Shown: positions 1 through 10,649 of the stretch, piece after piece
Layout: every line of letters starts with the position of its first letter
Numbering within the stretch: position 1 is the stretch's first letter
Assembly (NCBI GenBank): GCA_963782055.1
Contig: CAWAIF010000003.1
Location: 6,496,001-6,560,000, forward strand
DNA length: 64,000 nt
Source: an uncultured delta proteobacterium
Lineage (GTDB): Bacteria; Myxococcota_A; Polyangia; Polyangiales; Polyangiaceae
Direction: 5' to 3'
Position numbers and translations under genes: made by a program
Notes under the pieces: generated by a model
What the model saw: the letters and a program-made list of their open reading frames with translations, nothing else
Told to the model about the DNA's origin: nothing
Database searches by the model: none

Positions 1-301
1 GAGCGGACCCGTGGGGGCCAGCTTCTTGCGGTCGGCGTGGTTGTCCTTCGGCGTGGTCTTCGTGGCCGAGTGGGGGGACCTCACGCAGATCGCGACGGCC
101 GCGCTGGCCGCGCAGACGCGCGCTCCGCTCACCGTCTTCGCCGGCGCGACGCTCGCGCTGTGGCTGGTCACGTCCATCGCGGTGGTCCTCGGTCACCGCG
201 CGGCGAGGTACCTCAACCCCCGCACGACCCAGCGCGTCGCGGCGGTCCTCTTCGCCGGGATGGGGCTCTTCATGCTCGGGCGCGCCGCGAGAATCTTCTG
301 A
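1..301 (+). CDS. TMEM165/GDT1 (UPF0016) family Ca2+/Mn2+ transporter, C-terminal part (probably truncated by window start)
   Basis: Family motif in VFVAEWGDLTQIAT followed by hydrophobic helices; stop at 301. Confidence 0.85.
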   Translation, partial: SGPVGASFLRSAWLSFGVVFVAEWGDLTQIATAALAAQTRAPLTVFAGATLALWLVTSIAVVLGHRAARYLNPRTTQRVAAVLFAGMGLFMLGRAARIF

Positions 302-308
302 GCTTCGG

Positions 309-674
309 CTACTCCTCCAGCGGGGGCGGGTCGGAGATGACGTCCAGCTCCATCGGCTTGCGCAGGGCCATGAAGGCCTGGATGCCCCTCTTCGCCTGGG
401 TCGAGAGGTGCACGAAGTGGACGCCGACCCCCACCACCCGGCCGTGCTCGACGAGCTGCCAGGCCACCTCCGCCTCCACCGTGGCCTTCTTCTTCAGGAA
501 GGTCAGGTTGACGGTAATGGGCGCGCCAATCTCCAGCGGGATGTCGCTCTCGATGAAGAGGCCCCCCAGCGAGATGTCGCGGGTGCGGCCGGCGTAGAAG
601 TTGTGCGTCGACTTGAAATCGACGGCAACAGCTACGGAAAGGCGTGGGTGCTGTCGTCTCTCGGGGGTCCTCAT
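309..674 (-). CDS. Stand-alone PilZ domain protein (myxobacterial type)
   Basis: ATG at 674 after GAGGAAG; RxxxR (ERRQHPR) and DxSxGG (DISLGGLFI) motifs. Confidence 0.85.
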   Translation of the reverse strand: MRTPERRQHPRLSVAVAVDFKSTHNFYAGRTRDISLGGLFIESDIPLEIGAPITVNLTFLKKKATVEAEVAWQLVEHGRVVGVGVHFVHLSTQAKRGIQAFMALRKPMELDVISDPPPLEE

Positions 675-797
675 GGCTTCCTCTTGGAGTGATACGGCCT
701 GCCCCCCTGCCACCGAAGGCCTGCGCTTCACTTTTCGGCGCGACGCCTGGGGGCGGCCGGCCTCGGCTTCGACGGCGGCCTGTGGTACTGCCGCCCC

Positions 798-2360
798 ATG
801 ACCACCGGAGGCGGCGCGCCGGCCGCCGAGCAGGAGAAGCGGGCCCCCGTCCTGCAGCAGATCAAGGAGTTCGCCGCGCCCTTCTGGGCCGCGAACGTGA
901 TGGAGCTCATCGAGCGCCTCGCCTACTACGGCGTGCGCGTCGTCATCCCCATCTACATCGCCAGCTCGGAGGACCCGACCGGCCTGCACTTCACCAACAC
1001 GCAGAAGGGCACCATCCTCACGGCGTGGGCGCTCGTGCAGACGCTGCTGCCCATGTTCACCGGCGGCTTCGCCGACAAGTACGGGCGCAAGCCGACCATC
1101 GCCGTCTCCATCGCCATCAAGATGGCGGGCTACCTCTTGATGGCCACGCAGCGCAGCTTCTGGGGCTTCTTCCTCGGCTGCCAGGTGCTCGCGGCTGGCA
1201 CCGCGATCTTCAAACCGGGCGTGCAGGGCACCCTCGTGCGCGGCACGACACGCAGCAACTCCTCTGTCGGCTGGGGGCTCTTCTACCAGATCGTCAACAT
1301 CGGTGGGTGGCTCGGCCCGCCGCTCGCCGGGTACCTGCACCACTACGCGTGGAAGTGGGTGTTCCTGGCGTGCGCGGGCATCGTCTCGCTGAACTACATC
1401 ACGCTGATGATGTACAAGGACCCGCCGGACACGCCACCCGCGCCGGACCTGATCGAGCGGGAGACCGCGGGCTACCGCGACGCGGCGAAGGAAGAGACCG
1501 CGCTGCCCATGACGATGAGCTCGCGCACCGGCTGGCAAGTCTTCGTCTACTCCATCAAGAACCTCTTCAAGCCACGCCTCATCAGCTTCATCCTGGTGAT
1601 GAGCGGCTTCTGGGTGATGTTCATGCAGCTCTTCGACGCGCTGCCCAACTTCATCGAGGAGTGGACCGACAGCCGCGGCGTGGTGGCGGCGCTCCACCTG
1701 AAGGAGGGCATGCTCGCGCAGGCCACCACGCGCGGGCTGCAGATCCCGCAGGAGTGGATGATCAACCTGGACGCCACCGCCATCGTCTTCTTCATGATCC
1801 CGGTGGCGGCGCTCACCGCGCGCACCAAGCGGCTGCGCGCCATCTTCATCGGCATCTTCGTCTCGGTGCTCGGGCTCGCGATGGCCGGCCTCACCATGAG
1901 CGGCGGCTTGTGCCTCGCCGGCATCCTCGTCTTCGCCTTCGGCGAGATGACGGCCTCGCCCAAGATGAACGAGTACCTCGGCGTCATCGCGCCCAAGGGG
2001 GAAGAGGCGCTCTACATGGGCTACGCCAACGTGCCCTTCGCCATCGGCTGGACGTCCGGCGCCTTCGTCGCGGGCATCCTCTACGACCACCTCGCCGACA
2101 AGGCGAACCTCGCGATGCGCTACATGGCCGCGCACCACCTGGCCACGCCGGAGGCGCTGAAGGCCATGAAGCGCACGCAGGCGATGGACGCGCTGCAGGC
2201 CGCCACGCACCTGGACGCGACCGCCGCCACCAAGCTCCTCTGGACGACGTACCACCCGTACAGCTTCTGGTACCCGTTCATGGCGGTGGGGCTGCTCAGC
2301 GCGGTGGGGATGGTGATCTACGCGCAGATCGCCAGGCGCTGGACGCACGAGAACGCCTGA
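798..2360 (+). CDS. MFS transporter, POT/PTR-like peptide transporter
   Basis: ELIERLAYYG motif, MFS motif A GGFADKYGRK, many TM segments. Confidence 0.85.
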   Translation: MTTGGGAPAAEQEKRAPVLQQIKEFAAPFWAANVMELIERLAYYGVRVVIPIYIASSEDPTGLHFTNTQKGTILTAWALVQTLLPMFTGGFADKYGRKPTIAVSIAIKMAGYLLMATQRSFWGFFLGCQVLAAGTAIFKPGVQGTLVRGTTRSNSSVGWGLFYQIVNIGGWLGPPLAGYLHHYAWKWVFLACAGIVSLNYITLMMYKDPPDTPPAPDLIERETAGYRDAAKEETALPMTMSSRTGWQVFVYSIKNLFKPRLISFILVMSGFWVMFMQLFDALPNFIEEWTDSRGVVAALHLKEGMLAQATTRGLQIPQEWMINLDATAIVFFMIPVAALTARTKRLRAIFIGIFVSVLGLAMAGLTMSGGLCLAGILVFAFGEMTASPKMNEYLGVIAPKGEEALYMGYANVPFAIGWTSGAFVAGILYDHLADKANLAMRYMAAHHLATPEALKAMKRTQAMDALQAATHLDATAATKLLWTTYHPYSFWYPFMAVGLLSAVGMVIYAQIARRWTHENA

Positions 2361-2500
2361 GGCCTCACCCACGCCCCCCCTCTCCGCCTCACCCCCCCCC
2401 TGCCCCCCTATCCCTACGAGGGAGAGGGGGAGAGGAGAAGGAGAGCGCGGGGGTTGCGGAGGGGCGCGGGGGTTGCGGGGGGGGACGGGAGCGGGGGCTC
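2361..2500. repeat. REP-like palindrome with C-rich/G-rich tracts
   Basis: CCCCCTATCCC-TACGA-GGGAGAGGGGG imperfect inverted repeat; GCGGGGGTTGCGG occurs twice; CCTCACCC occurs twice. Confidence 0.45.
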
Positions 2501-2523
2501 GGCAACGGCCGCGCGAGGGGGGC

Positions 2524-2539
2524 CGGCACGGGGCGTGCT
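2524..2539 (+). promoter_or_regulatory. Candidate sigma54 promoter for CBS-acs-pdh operon
   Basis: CGGCACG-GGGC-GTGCT, exact GG-N10-GC spacing, ~45 bp upstream of ATG 2585. Confidence 0.45.
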
Positions 2540-2584
2540 CTTCAGGTGTTGCCGGCGCGTGGACGCGCCGCCCTGGAGGTCGTC

Positions 2585-3034
2585 ATGGACGTCGGGAAGG
2601 TGTGCACGCGTGAGGTCGAGACCATCCGCAAGAGCGATTCGGTGCTCGAGGCGGCACGGCGGATGCGCGAGCGCCACGTCGGGGACCTCGTCGTTCTGGA
2701 CGGCACCGGCGGAGGTCCCGCCGGCGTCCTCACCGACCGCGACATCGTCATCGGCGTGCTCGCTCAGGATGTGACCCACATCTCGCGGCTGTCGGTGGGG
2801 GACGTGGTCACCGCGGAGGTGGTCGTCGCGAAGGAGACCGACGAGGTCGCCGACGTGCTGGAGCGCATGCAGAAGGAAGGCGTGCGGCGCGTGCCGGTCG
2901 TCGACGACAAGGGCCTGCTCGTGGGCATCTTCGCGCTGGACGACGCGGTGCGGCTGCTCGGGAGCGAGCTCTCCAGCGTCGCGTCGCTCATCACCGGCCA
3001 GCGCGAGCGTGAGAAGGCGCGCCGGGGGGCGTGA
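2585..3034 (+). CDS. CBS-pair domain protein
   Basis: [18 protein letters not shown] and [24 protein letters not shown] motifs. Confidence 0.9.
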   Translation: MDVGKVCTREVETIRKSDSVLEAARRMRERHVGDLVVLDGTGGGPAGVLTDRDIVIGVLAQDVTHISRLSVGDVVTAEVVVAKETDEVADVLERMQKEGVRRVPVVDDKGLLVGIFALDDAVRLLGSELSSVASLITGQREREKARRGA

Positions 3035-3035
3035 C

Positions 3036-4795
<1,760 letters not shown>

Positions 4796-4799
<4 letters not shown>

Positions 4800-5824
4800 G
4801 CACCGACGACGTCACTCGCGATCAGGGCGCGGCGCCAGCTGCCGCGGGCTCCCTCATCAAGGAGCACGCGCTCGGGCTGCTGCGGCAGATGGTGCGCATC
4901 CGGCACTTCGAGGAGAAGTGCGCCGAGCTCTACAGCGCGGGCAAGATCCGTGGGTTTTTGCACCTGTACGTGGGGCAGGAGGCCGTCGCCGCCGGCGTGA
5001 TGCCCTCCCTCGGGCCGGAGGACGCCATCGTCTCGACGTACCGCGAGCATGGCCACGCCCTCGCGCGCGGCGTGCCCATGAACGCCATCATGGCGGAGAT
5101 GTTCGGCAAGGCGCAGGGCTGCAGCCGCGGCCACGGCGGCTCGATGCACCTGTTCGACGCATCGCGCCGCTTCTACGGCGGCAACGCCATCGTCGCCGGC
5201 GGGCTGCCCATCGCGGTCGGCCTGGCCCTCGCCGACAAGATGCAGCGCCGGCCGCGCGTCACCGCCAGCATCTTCGGCGACGGCGCCACCGCGGAGGGCG
5301 AGTTCCACGAGTCGCTCAACCTCGCCGCGCTCTGGAAGCTGCCGGTGCTGTTTCTCTGCGAGAACAACCGCTACGCGATGGGGACCGCGCTGGAGCGCTA
5401 CCAGTCACAGACCGACCTCGCCGCGAAGGCGCGCGGCTTCGCCATGCGCGCCGACAAGGTGGACGGCATGGACGTGGAGGCGGTCGAGGCGGCGGCGCGG
5501 CGGGCGGCGAGCCACGTGCGCTCCGGGGAGGGCCCCTACTTCCTCGAGATGCTCACCTACCGGTTCCGCGCGCACTCCATGTTCGACCCCGAGCTCTACC
5601 GCCCCCGGAGCGAGGTAGCGGAGTGGAAGAAGCGCGACCCCATCGACCTGTTCCGCGCGCGCCTGCTCGAGGGGCGCTGGGTGGACGAGCGGGAGTACTT
5701 GGACATCGTGAAGGATGTCGACGAGGAGATCGAGCGGGCCGTCGCCTTTGCCGACGCCGGGACGCTGGAGCCCACCGCCGACCTGCTGAGGGACGTCACC
5801 ACGCCGAAGCAGGCCGTGCAATGA
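4796..5824 (+). CDS. pdhA: Pyruvate dehydrogenase-like E1 alpha subunit
   Basis: [19 protein letters not shown] motif GDGA...[14 protein letters not shown] overlap with acsA. Confidence 0.93.
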
Positions 5825-6834
5825 GCGCCGCCGCGACCCTGAGCCCCGCGGTGGTGCGGTTGACGTACCGCGACGCCGTGCGCTCCGCGCTGCGCGAGGC
5901 GATGCACGCCGACCCGCGCATCTTCCTGATGGGCGAGGACGTCGGCCGGTACGGCGGCTCGTACGCATGCAGCAAGGGCCTGCTGGAGGAGTTCGGGCCG
6001 GAGCGCATCCGCGACACGCCGCTCTCCGAGTCAGCGTTCGTGGGCGCGGGCATCGGCGCCGCGCTGGGCGGCATGCGACCGATCGTGGAGATCATGACCG
6101 TCAACTTCAGCCTGCTCGCCCTCGACCAGATCCTGAACAACGCGGCCACGCTGCGGCACATGTCCGGCGGGCAGGTGAGCGTGCCTCTCGTGGTGCGCAT
6201 GGCCACGGGCGCCGGTCGGCAGCTCGCGGCGCAGCACTCGCACAGCCTGGAGAACTTCTACGCGCACATCCCCGGCCTGCGCGTCCTCGCGCCGGCGACG
6301 GTCGAGGACGCGCGCGGCATGCTGCTCGCGGCGCTCCGGGAGCCGGACCCGGTGATCCTCTTCGAGCACGCGATGCTCTACAACCTGGAGGCGGAGATCG
6401 ACCCCGACGCCGGGCCGGCGGACCTGGACCGGGCCGCGGTGCGGCGCACCGGAAAGGACGTGACGCTCGTCGCCTACGGCGGCACCGTGGGCAAGGCGAT
6501 GGAGGCGGCCGGCGTGCTCGCCGCGCGCGGCGTCGAGGCGGAGGTCGTGGACATGCGCACCCTCCGCCCGCTCGACGGCGAGACGATCCTGACGTCGGTC
6601 CGCAAGACCCGGCGCGCGGTGGTCGTCGACGAGGGGTGGAAGACGGGGAGCATCGCCGGGGAGGTCAGCGCGCGGATCATGGAGGGCGCCTTCTACGACC
6701 TGGACGCGCCCGTCGCGCGGGTGTGCACGCAGGAGGTGCCCATCCCCTACGCCAAGCACATGGAGGACGCCGCACTGCCGCAGGTGCCGGAGATCGTCGA
6801 CGCCGTCATGGCGATGGTGGGGTCCCATGGGTGA
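5821..6834 (+). CDS. pdhB: Pyruvate dehydrogenase-like E1 beta subunit
   Basis: [32 protein letters not shown] overlap. Confidence 0.93.
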   Translation: MSAAATLSPAVVRLTYRDAVRSALREAMHADPRIFLMGEDVGRYGGSYACSKGLLEEFGPERIRDTPLSESAFVGAGIGAALGGMRPIVEIMTVNFSLLALDQILNNAATLRHMSGGQVSVPLVVRMATGAGRQLAAQHSHSLENFYAHIPGLRVLAPATVEDARGMLLAALREPDPVILFEHAMLYNLEAEIDPDAGPADLDRAAVRRTGKDVTLVAYGGTVGKAMEAAGVLAARGVEAEVVDMRTLRPLDGETILTSVRKTRRAVVVDEGWKTGSIAGEVSARIMEGAFYDLDAPVARVCTQEVPIPYAKHMEDAALPQVPEIVDAVMAMVGSHG

Positions 6835-8017
6835 CTTCCTGATGCCTTCCCTGGGCGCCGACATGGACGCCGGCACCCTCGTCGAGTGGCGGGTCAAGCC
6901 CGGCGACCACGTGGCGCGCGGGGACATCGTCGCGCTGGTGGAGACGCAGAAGGGCATCGTGGAGGTGGAGATCTGGGAGGCGGGCGTCGTCGAGTCGCTG
7001 GTGGTGAAGCCGGGCACCAAGGTGCCGGTCGGCACCGTGCTGGCGACGCTCCAGGGCGGGCCGACAGCCGACAAACCCGCCGCGGCGCCCGCCGCGGCGC
7101 CGGCCCCGACGCCGCGGCCGCCGGTCGCCCCGGCGCCCTCGCCCCCGGTGGTGCTGCTGTCGACCGAGACTCGCGTGCGCGCGTCCCCCGCGGCGCGCCA
7201 GCTCGCACGGGACCGAGGCGTCGACCTCGCCGCCGTGCACGGCACCGGACCGCACGGCGCGGTCACGCGGGAGGACGTGGAGCGTGCGCCGCCCGCGCGG
7301 GTCGCGGAGCCGGTCACCCCTCGTCCCCCCGCCGCGGTGGAGGCCGCCGGCACGCAGGCCGCGATGCGCAGGGCCATCGCGGCGGCCATGTCGCGCTCCA
7401 AGCGCGAGATCCCGCACTACTACCTGGCCACCGACATCGAGGTGACCCGCGCGACGGCGTGGCTCGAGCGCGAGAACGCCGCGCGCACGGTCAACGAGCG
7501 CGTGCTCTTCGCGGTGCTGCTGCTCAAGGCCACCGCGCTCGCGGTCCGCGACGTGCCGGAGATGAACGGCTTCTACTCCGACGGCGCCTTCCGGCCGTCG
7601 GAGGCGGTGAACGTGGGGGTGGCGATCTCGCTGCGGCAGGGCGGGCTCGTCGCGCCCGCCATCCACGACGTGGACCAGAAGCCGCTGGTGCGCGTCATGG
7701 CCGACCTGCGGGACCTGACGACGCGCGCGCGGGCGGGCTCGCTCCGAAGCTCGGAGATGAGCGATCCCACGATCACCGTCACCAACCTGGGCGACATGGG
7801 CGTCACGTCGGTGTTCGGGGTCATCTTCCCGCCGCAGGTGGCGCTGGTCGGCTTCGGCAAGGTCACCGAGCGCGCCTGGGCGGAGGGCGGGATGGTCGGC
7901 GCCCGGCCGGTCGTCACGGCGAGCCTGGCGGCGGACCACCGCGCCAGCGACGGCCACCGCGGCGCGGTCTTCCTCGCCGCGATCGCGCGACACCTGCAGG
8001 AACCGGAGAAGCTGTGA
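6827..8017 (+). CDS. pdhC: Dihydrolipoamide acyltransferase (E2)
   Basis: Lipoyl domain (VETQKG), E3/E1-binding domain ([10 protein letters not shown]...GTGPHG), catalytic DHRASDG. Confidence 0.92.
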   Translation: MGDFLMPSLGADMDAGTLVEWRVKPGDHVARGDIVALVETQKGIVEVEIWEAGVVESLVVKPGTKVPVGTVLATLQGGPTADKPAAAPAAAPAPTPRPPVAPAPSPPVVLLSTETRVRASPAARQLARDRGVDLAAVHGTGPHGAVTREDVERAPPARVAEPVTPRPPAAVEAAGTQAAMRRAIAAAMSRSKREIPHYYLATDIEVTRATAWLERENAARTVNERVLFAVLLLKATALAVRDVPEMNGFYSDGAFRPSEAVNVGVAISLRQGGLVAPAIHDVDQKPLVRVMADLRDLTTRARAGSLRSSEMSDPTITVTNLGDMGVTSVFGVIFPPQVALVGFGKVTERAWAEGGMVGARPVVTASLAADHRASDGHRGAVFLAAIARHLQEPEKL

Positions 8018-8274
8018 TGGACCCGACGCAGATCCGAGAGGCGGTGGTGCGGGCGCTCAAGCGCGTGGCGCCGGAGGCCGACCCGGCCACGCTGGACGAC
8101 GCGGCCCCGCTGCGCGAGGAGCTGGACATCGACTCGATGGACTTCCTCAACTTCGTCGTCTCCCTCCACGAGTCGCTCCACGTCGACGTCCCGGAGGCCG
8201 ACTATCCCAGGATGCAGACCCTGGGCGGGGCGGTCGCCTACCTCGCGAGCAAGCTGGACCGCGGCGCGGCGTGA
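8017..8274 (+). CDS. Acyl carrier protein
   Basis: 85 aa, acidic; LDIDSMDF phosphopantetheine Ser motif; TGATG overlap with E2. Confidence 0.88.
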   Translation: MDPTQIREAVVRALKRVAPEADPATLDDAAPLREELDIDSMDFLNFVVSLHESLHVDVPEADYPRMQTLGGAVAYLASKLDRGAA

Positions 8275-8328
8275 GGTGCGAGAGCGCGCGGCTGGCCCCG
8301 GGCCGCTCGTGATAAGGATGAGCGGGAG

Positions 8329-9096
8329 ATGAGCCAGCACCAGCTTGATGGCGTCAACGACATGCTGCGGCAGACGGTGGACCACATGCGCGAGGGCATT
8401 CAGGTCCTCGCGCCCGACTGGCGCTACGTCTACGTGAACGAGGCGGCGGCGCGCCACGGCCGCAAGCCGCGGGAGGAGCTGGTCGGCAAGACGCTGCTGG
8501 AGTGCTACCCCGGCATGGAGAAGACCGAGGTCTTCGGGGTGATGGAGCGCTGCATGAAGGAGCGGCGCGCGGCGCAGCTGGAGACCCCCTTCACCTTCGA
8601 CAGCGGCGAGACGGCCTGGTTCGAGCTACGCGTGCAGCCGTGCGAGGCAGGCATCGTGGTCCTGTCGCTGGACGTCACCGACCGCAAGTCCGTGCAACGC
8701 AAGGTGCGCGAGGAGCACGACCGCACCCTGCGCAACATGTCCACGCCGGTCGTGCGGGTGCACGAGGGCGTGCTCCTGCTGCCGCTCGTCGGCACGCTGG
8801 ACACCGAGCGCGCGGAGCGCCTCATCACCACCGCGCTCGAGCGCGTCGCCGACGACCACGCGCGGGTGCTCATCCTGGACGTGGCGGGCGTGCCGACGAT
8901 GGACACGGCGGTCGCCGGGCACCTGGTGCAGACGTCCGCGTCGGTGAAGCTCCTCGGGGCCACGACGGTGCTCACGGGGATCTCCGCCGACGCGGCGCGG
9001 ACGCTGGTTCACCTGGGAGTGGACCTCTCGACGATGAAGACGGTGCGCGGGCTGGAGGAGGGGATCGCGCTGGCGATGGAGCTGGCGAAGGCGTAG
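8329..9096 (+). CDS. PAS-STAS (RsbR-like) sensor protein
   Basis: PAS (YVYVNEAAARHG...ELVGK); STAS with STPV, LPLVGTLDTERA, DVAGVPTMDTAVA. Confidence 0.88.
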   Translation: MSQHQLDGVNDMLRQTVDHMREGIQVLAPDWRYVYVNEAAARHGRKPREELVGKTLLECYPGMEKTEVFGVMERCMKERRAAQLETPFTFDSGETAWFELRVQPCEAGIVVLSLDVTDRKSVQRKVREEHDRTLRNMSTPVVRVHEGVLLLPLVGTLDTERAERLITTALERVADDHARVLILDVAGVPTMDTAVAGHLVQTSASVKLLGATTVLTGISADAARTLVHLGVDLSTMKTVRGLEEGIALAMELAKA

Positions 9097-9148
9097 CCCT
9101 TCGTCGCGCCATGCTCCGGCCGATCCCCCGGCTCGGTGCGGGACGCGA

Positions 9149-9622
9149 TCACCGCGCGGCGGTGTCCCGGAGCTTCTCCAGGATGCTGCCCCAGCCGCCG
9201 GCGGAGCCCACGCTGTCGCGGACCTTCTCCCAGCCCTCGCCGTGGCAATCCAGCTCGGAGTGGACCAGCTCGACGCGCGTCTTGCCGTTGCCCTCGTCGT
9301 GGAAGGTGACCTCGACGCGACTCGCCTTCGCCGGGTCGGGGTCGTACGCGAAGGTCGCCCCGAGGTGCCACGAGAGCGCGACGCGCGTGGGCGGCGAGTA
9401 GAGGAGCACGCGGCCCCAGTCGCACTCCGTGCCGTCGTGCCCGCGCTCGAACCAGCGGCCACCCTCGCGCGGCTCCAGGATGGCGGTGTAGGGCTCCACC
9501 TTGCCGATGTGGTGGGAGCGCGGCCACCACGTGTCGAACCTCTCGGTGAAGACCTTGAAGACGTGCGCGACCGGCGCGTTGACGAGGACGGACTTGCGGA
9601 CGCTGGTCTCGGGGCTGCTCAT
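9149..9622 (-). CDS. SRPBCC/AHSA1-like ligand-binding protein
   Basis: VNAPVAHVFKVFT, EPREGGRW, SRVEVTF...TRVELVH...GW; overlaps ArsR stop. Confidence 0.88.
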   Translation of the reverse strand: MSSPETSVRKSVLVNAPVAHVFKVFTERFDTWWPRSHHIGKVEPYTAILEPREGGRWFERGHDGTECDWGRVLLYSPPTRVALSWHLGATFAYDPDPAKASRVEVTFHDEGNGKTRVELVHSELDCHGEGWEKVRDSVGSAGGWGSILEKLRDTAAR

Positions 9623-9990
9623 CGCTTCTTCTCCTTGCGGCGTGTCTTGACGGTGGCTGGGCCGCGGGCTTGCTCCGCGGCGTGGCTCTCTTCCGCGGCG
9701 CGGCGCAGAGCGTCGAGCGCGCCGTCCCAGAAGCGGTCGAAGTAGTCGCGGACGGCGGCGAGGCCCGCGCGGTCGATCGCGTAGAGCCGGCGCGTCCCTT
9801 CGGCCCGCGACGTGACGAGCCCCACGTCCCCGAGCACCTTGAGGTGCTGGGAGACGGCCGGCCTGCTGACCGGAAGGCCCCGCGCGATCTCCACGACCGC
9901 GAGCGGGCCGCCGGCGAGGCGCTCGAGGACCGCGCGGCGGGTCGGGTCGCCGAGGGCGTCGAGCTGGCGGGCGGCTTGGTAAGTCACCAC
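9619..9990 (-). CDS. ArsR/SmtB family regulator (SRPBCC-associated)
   Basis: ALGDPTRRAVL...VSRPAVSQHLKVL...FWD; GTG start at 9990 or 9987. Confidence 0.9.
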   Translation of the reverse strand: MVTYQAARQLDALGDPTRRAVLERLAGGPLAVVEIARGLPVSRPAVSQHLKVLGDVGLVTSRAEGTRRLYAIDRAGLAAVRDYFDRFWDGALDALRRAAEESHAAEQARGPATVKTRRKEKKR

Positions 9991-9994
9991 GAAC

Positions 9995-10025
9995 GGTAAG
10001 CTAACACTAACCATCGGCCCGTCAA
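9995..10025 (-). promoter_or_regulatory. Promoter and overlapping operator for ArsR-SRPBCC
   Basis: TTGACG-16nt-TAGCTT with TGn extension; imperfect inverted repeat GGTAAG-N6-CTAACC at 9995-10012; geometry implies a leaderless mRNA. Confidence 0.55.
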
Positions 10026-10141
10026 GGGCTCGCGGGCTCCCGAAATGACGAACGCGCACCATGACCGGAGTCGGTCGTGGTGCGCGTCCGTGGGCCGCCC
10101 GCTCTCGCGCGCCGGCGATGCCGGCTAGGCGTGCGGGTGCG

Positions 10142-10366
10142 TCACTGGCACTTGCCGCCGCTGCAGTGGCCGCCGTTGCACTCGCTGTCGAAGTTGCACG
10201 AGCCGCCCGGGGCGTCGGAGCAGGTGCCGCCATGGCACTTGGCGTTGCCGCGACAGTCGCTGTCGAAGTTGCACTTGCCGTACGGGTCCGCGCTCGCGCG
10301 CGGGGGCGTGACGGAGAGGAGGGCGAAGATGCCGAGGCCGGCGAAGAGGATGACGAGTTTGCGCAT
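10142..10366 (-). CDS. Small secreted Cys-rich peptide (74 aa) with two CNFDS[DE]C repeats
   Basis: GGGAG RBS, signal peptide ending ASA, 8 Cys in two 4-Cys repeats. Confidence 0.8.
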   Translation of the reverse strand: MRKLVILFAGLGIFALLSVTPPRASADPYGKCNFDSDCRGNAKCHGGTCSDAPGGSCNFDSECNGGHCSGGKCQ

Positions 10367-10472
10367 GGTGGTGATCTCCCGGCCGTCACCTACGGCGCGA
10401 CGCGTGGAATGCTTCCCGCGGGCAGACGCACGATGCGCGTCCCACGGCAGGAGTCTTTCACGGCGAAGACAG

Positions 10473-10493
10473 GGTCGGGGAGGCGGGATTTGA
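10473..10493. repeat. att site, distal copy (displaced tRNA-Pro 3' fragment)
   Basis: GGTCGGGGAGGCGGGATTTGA identical to 19205-19225. Confidence 0.95.
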
Positions 10494-10607
10494 CACCCCC
10501 CTCTCCCGACCAGGCGGCCACACACGCGCGGCGGCTGTTTCTCGTGGGGTTCGCGGTCGGGGGTGTGACGAGGTGGGACGGGATGCACCAGGAAAGCACG
10601 TCGCGTT

Positions 10608-10627
10608 TGGTAACGGGGTGGAAACGG
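10608..10627 (+). repeat. Putative integrase arm-type site pair (distal end)
   Basis: TGGTAACGGGGTGGAAACGG matches 19132-19151 at 18/20. Confidence 0.7.
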
Positions 10628-10649
10628 GGCGGCACCCCGAGGAGGTTGG

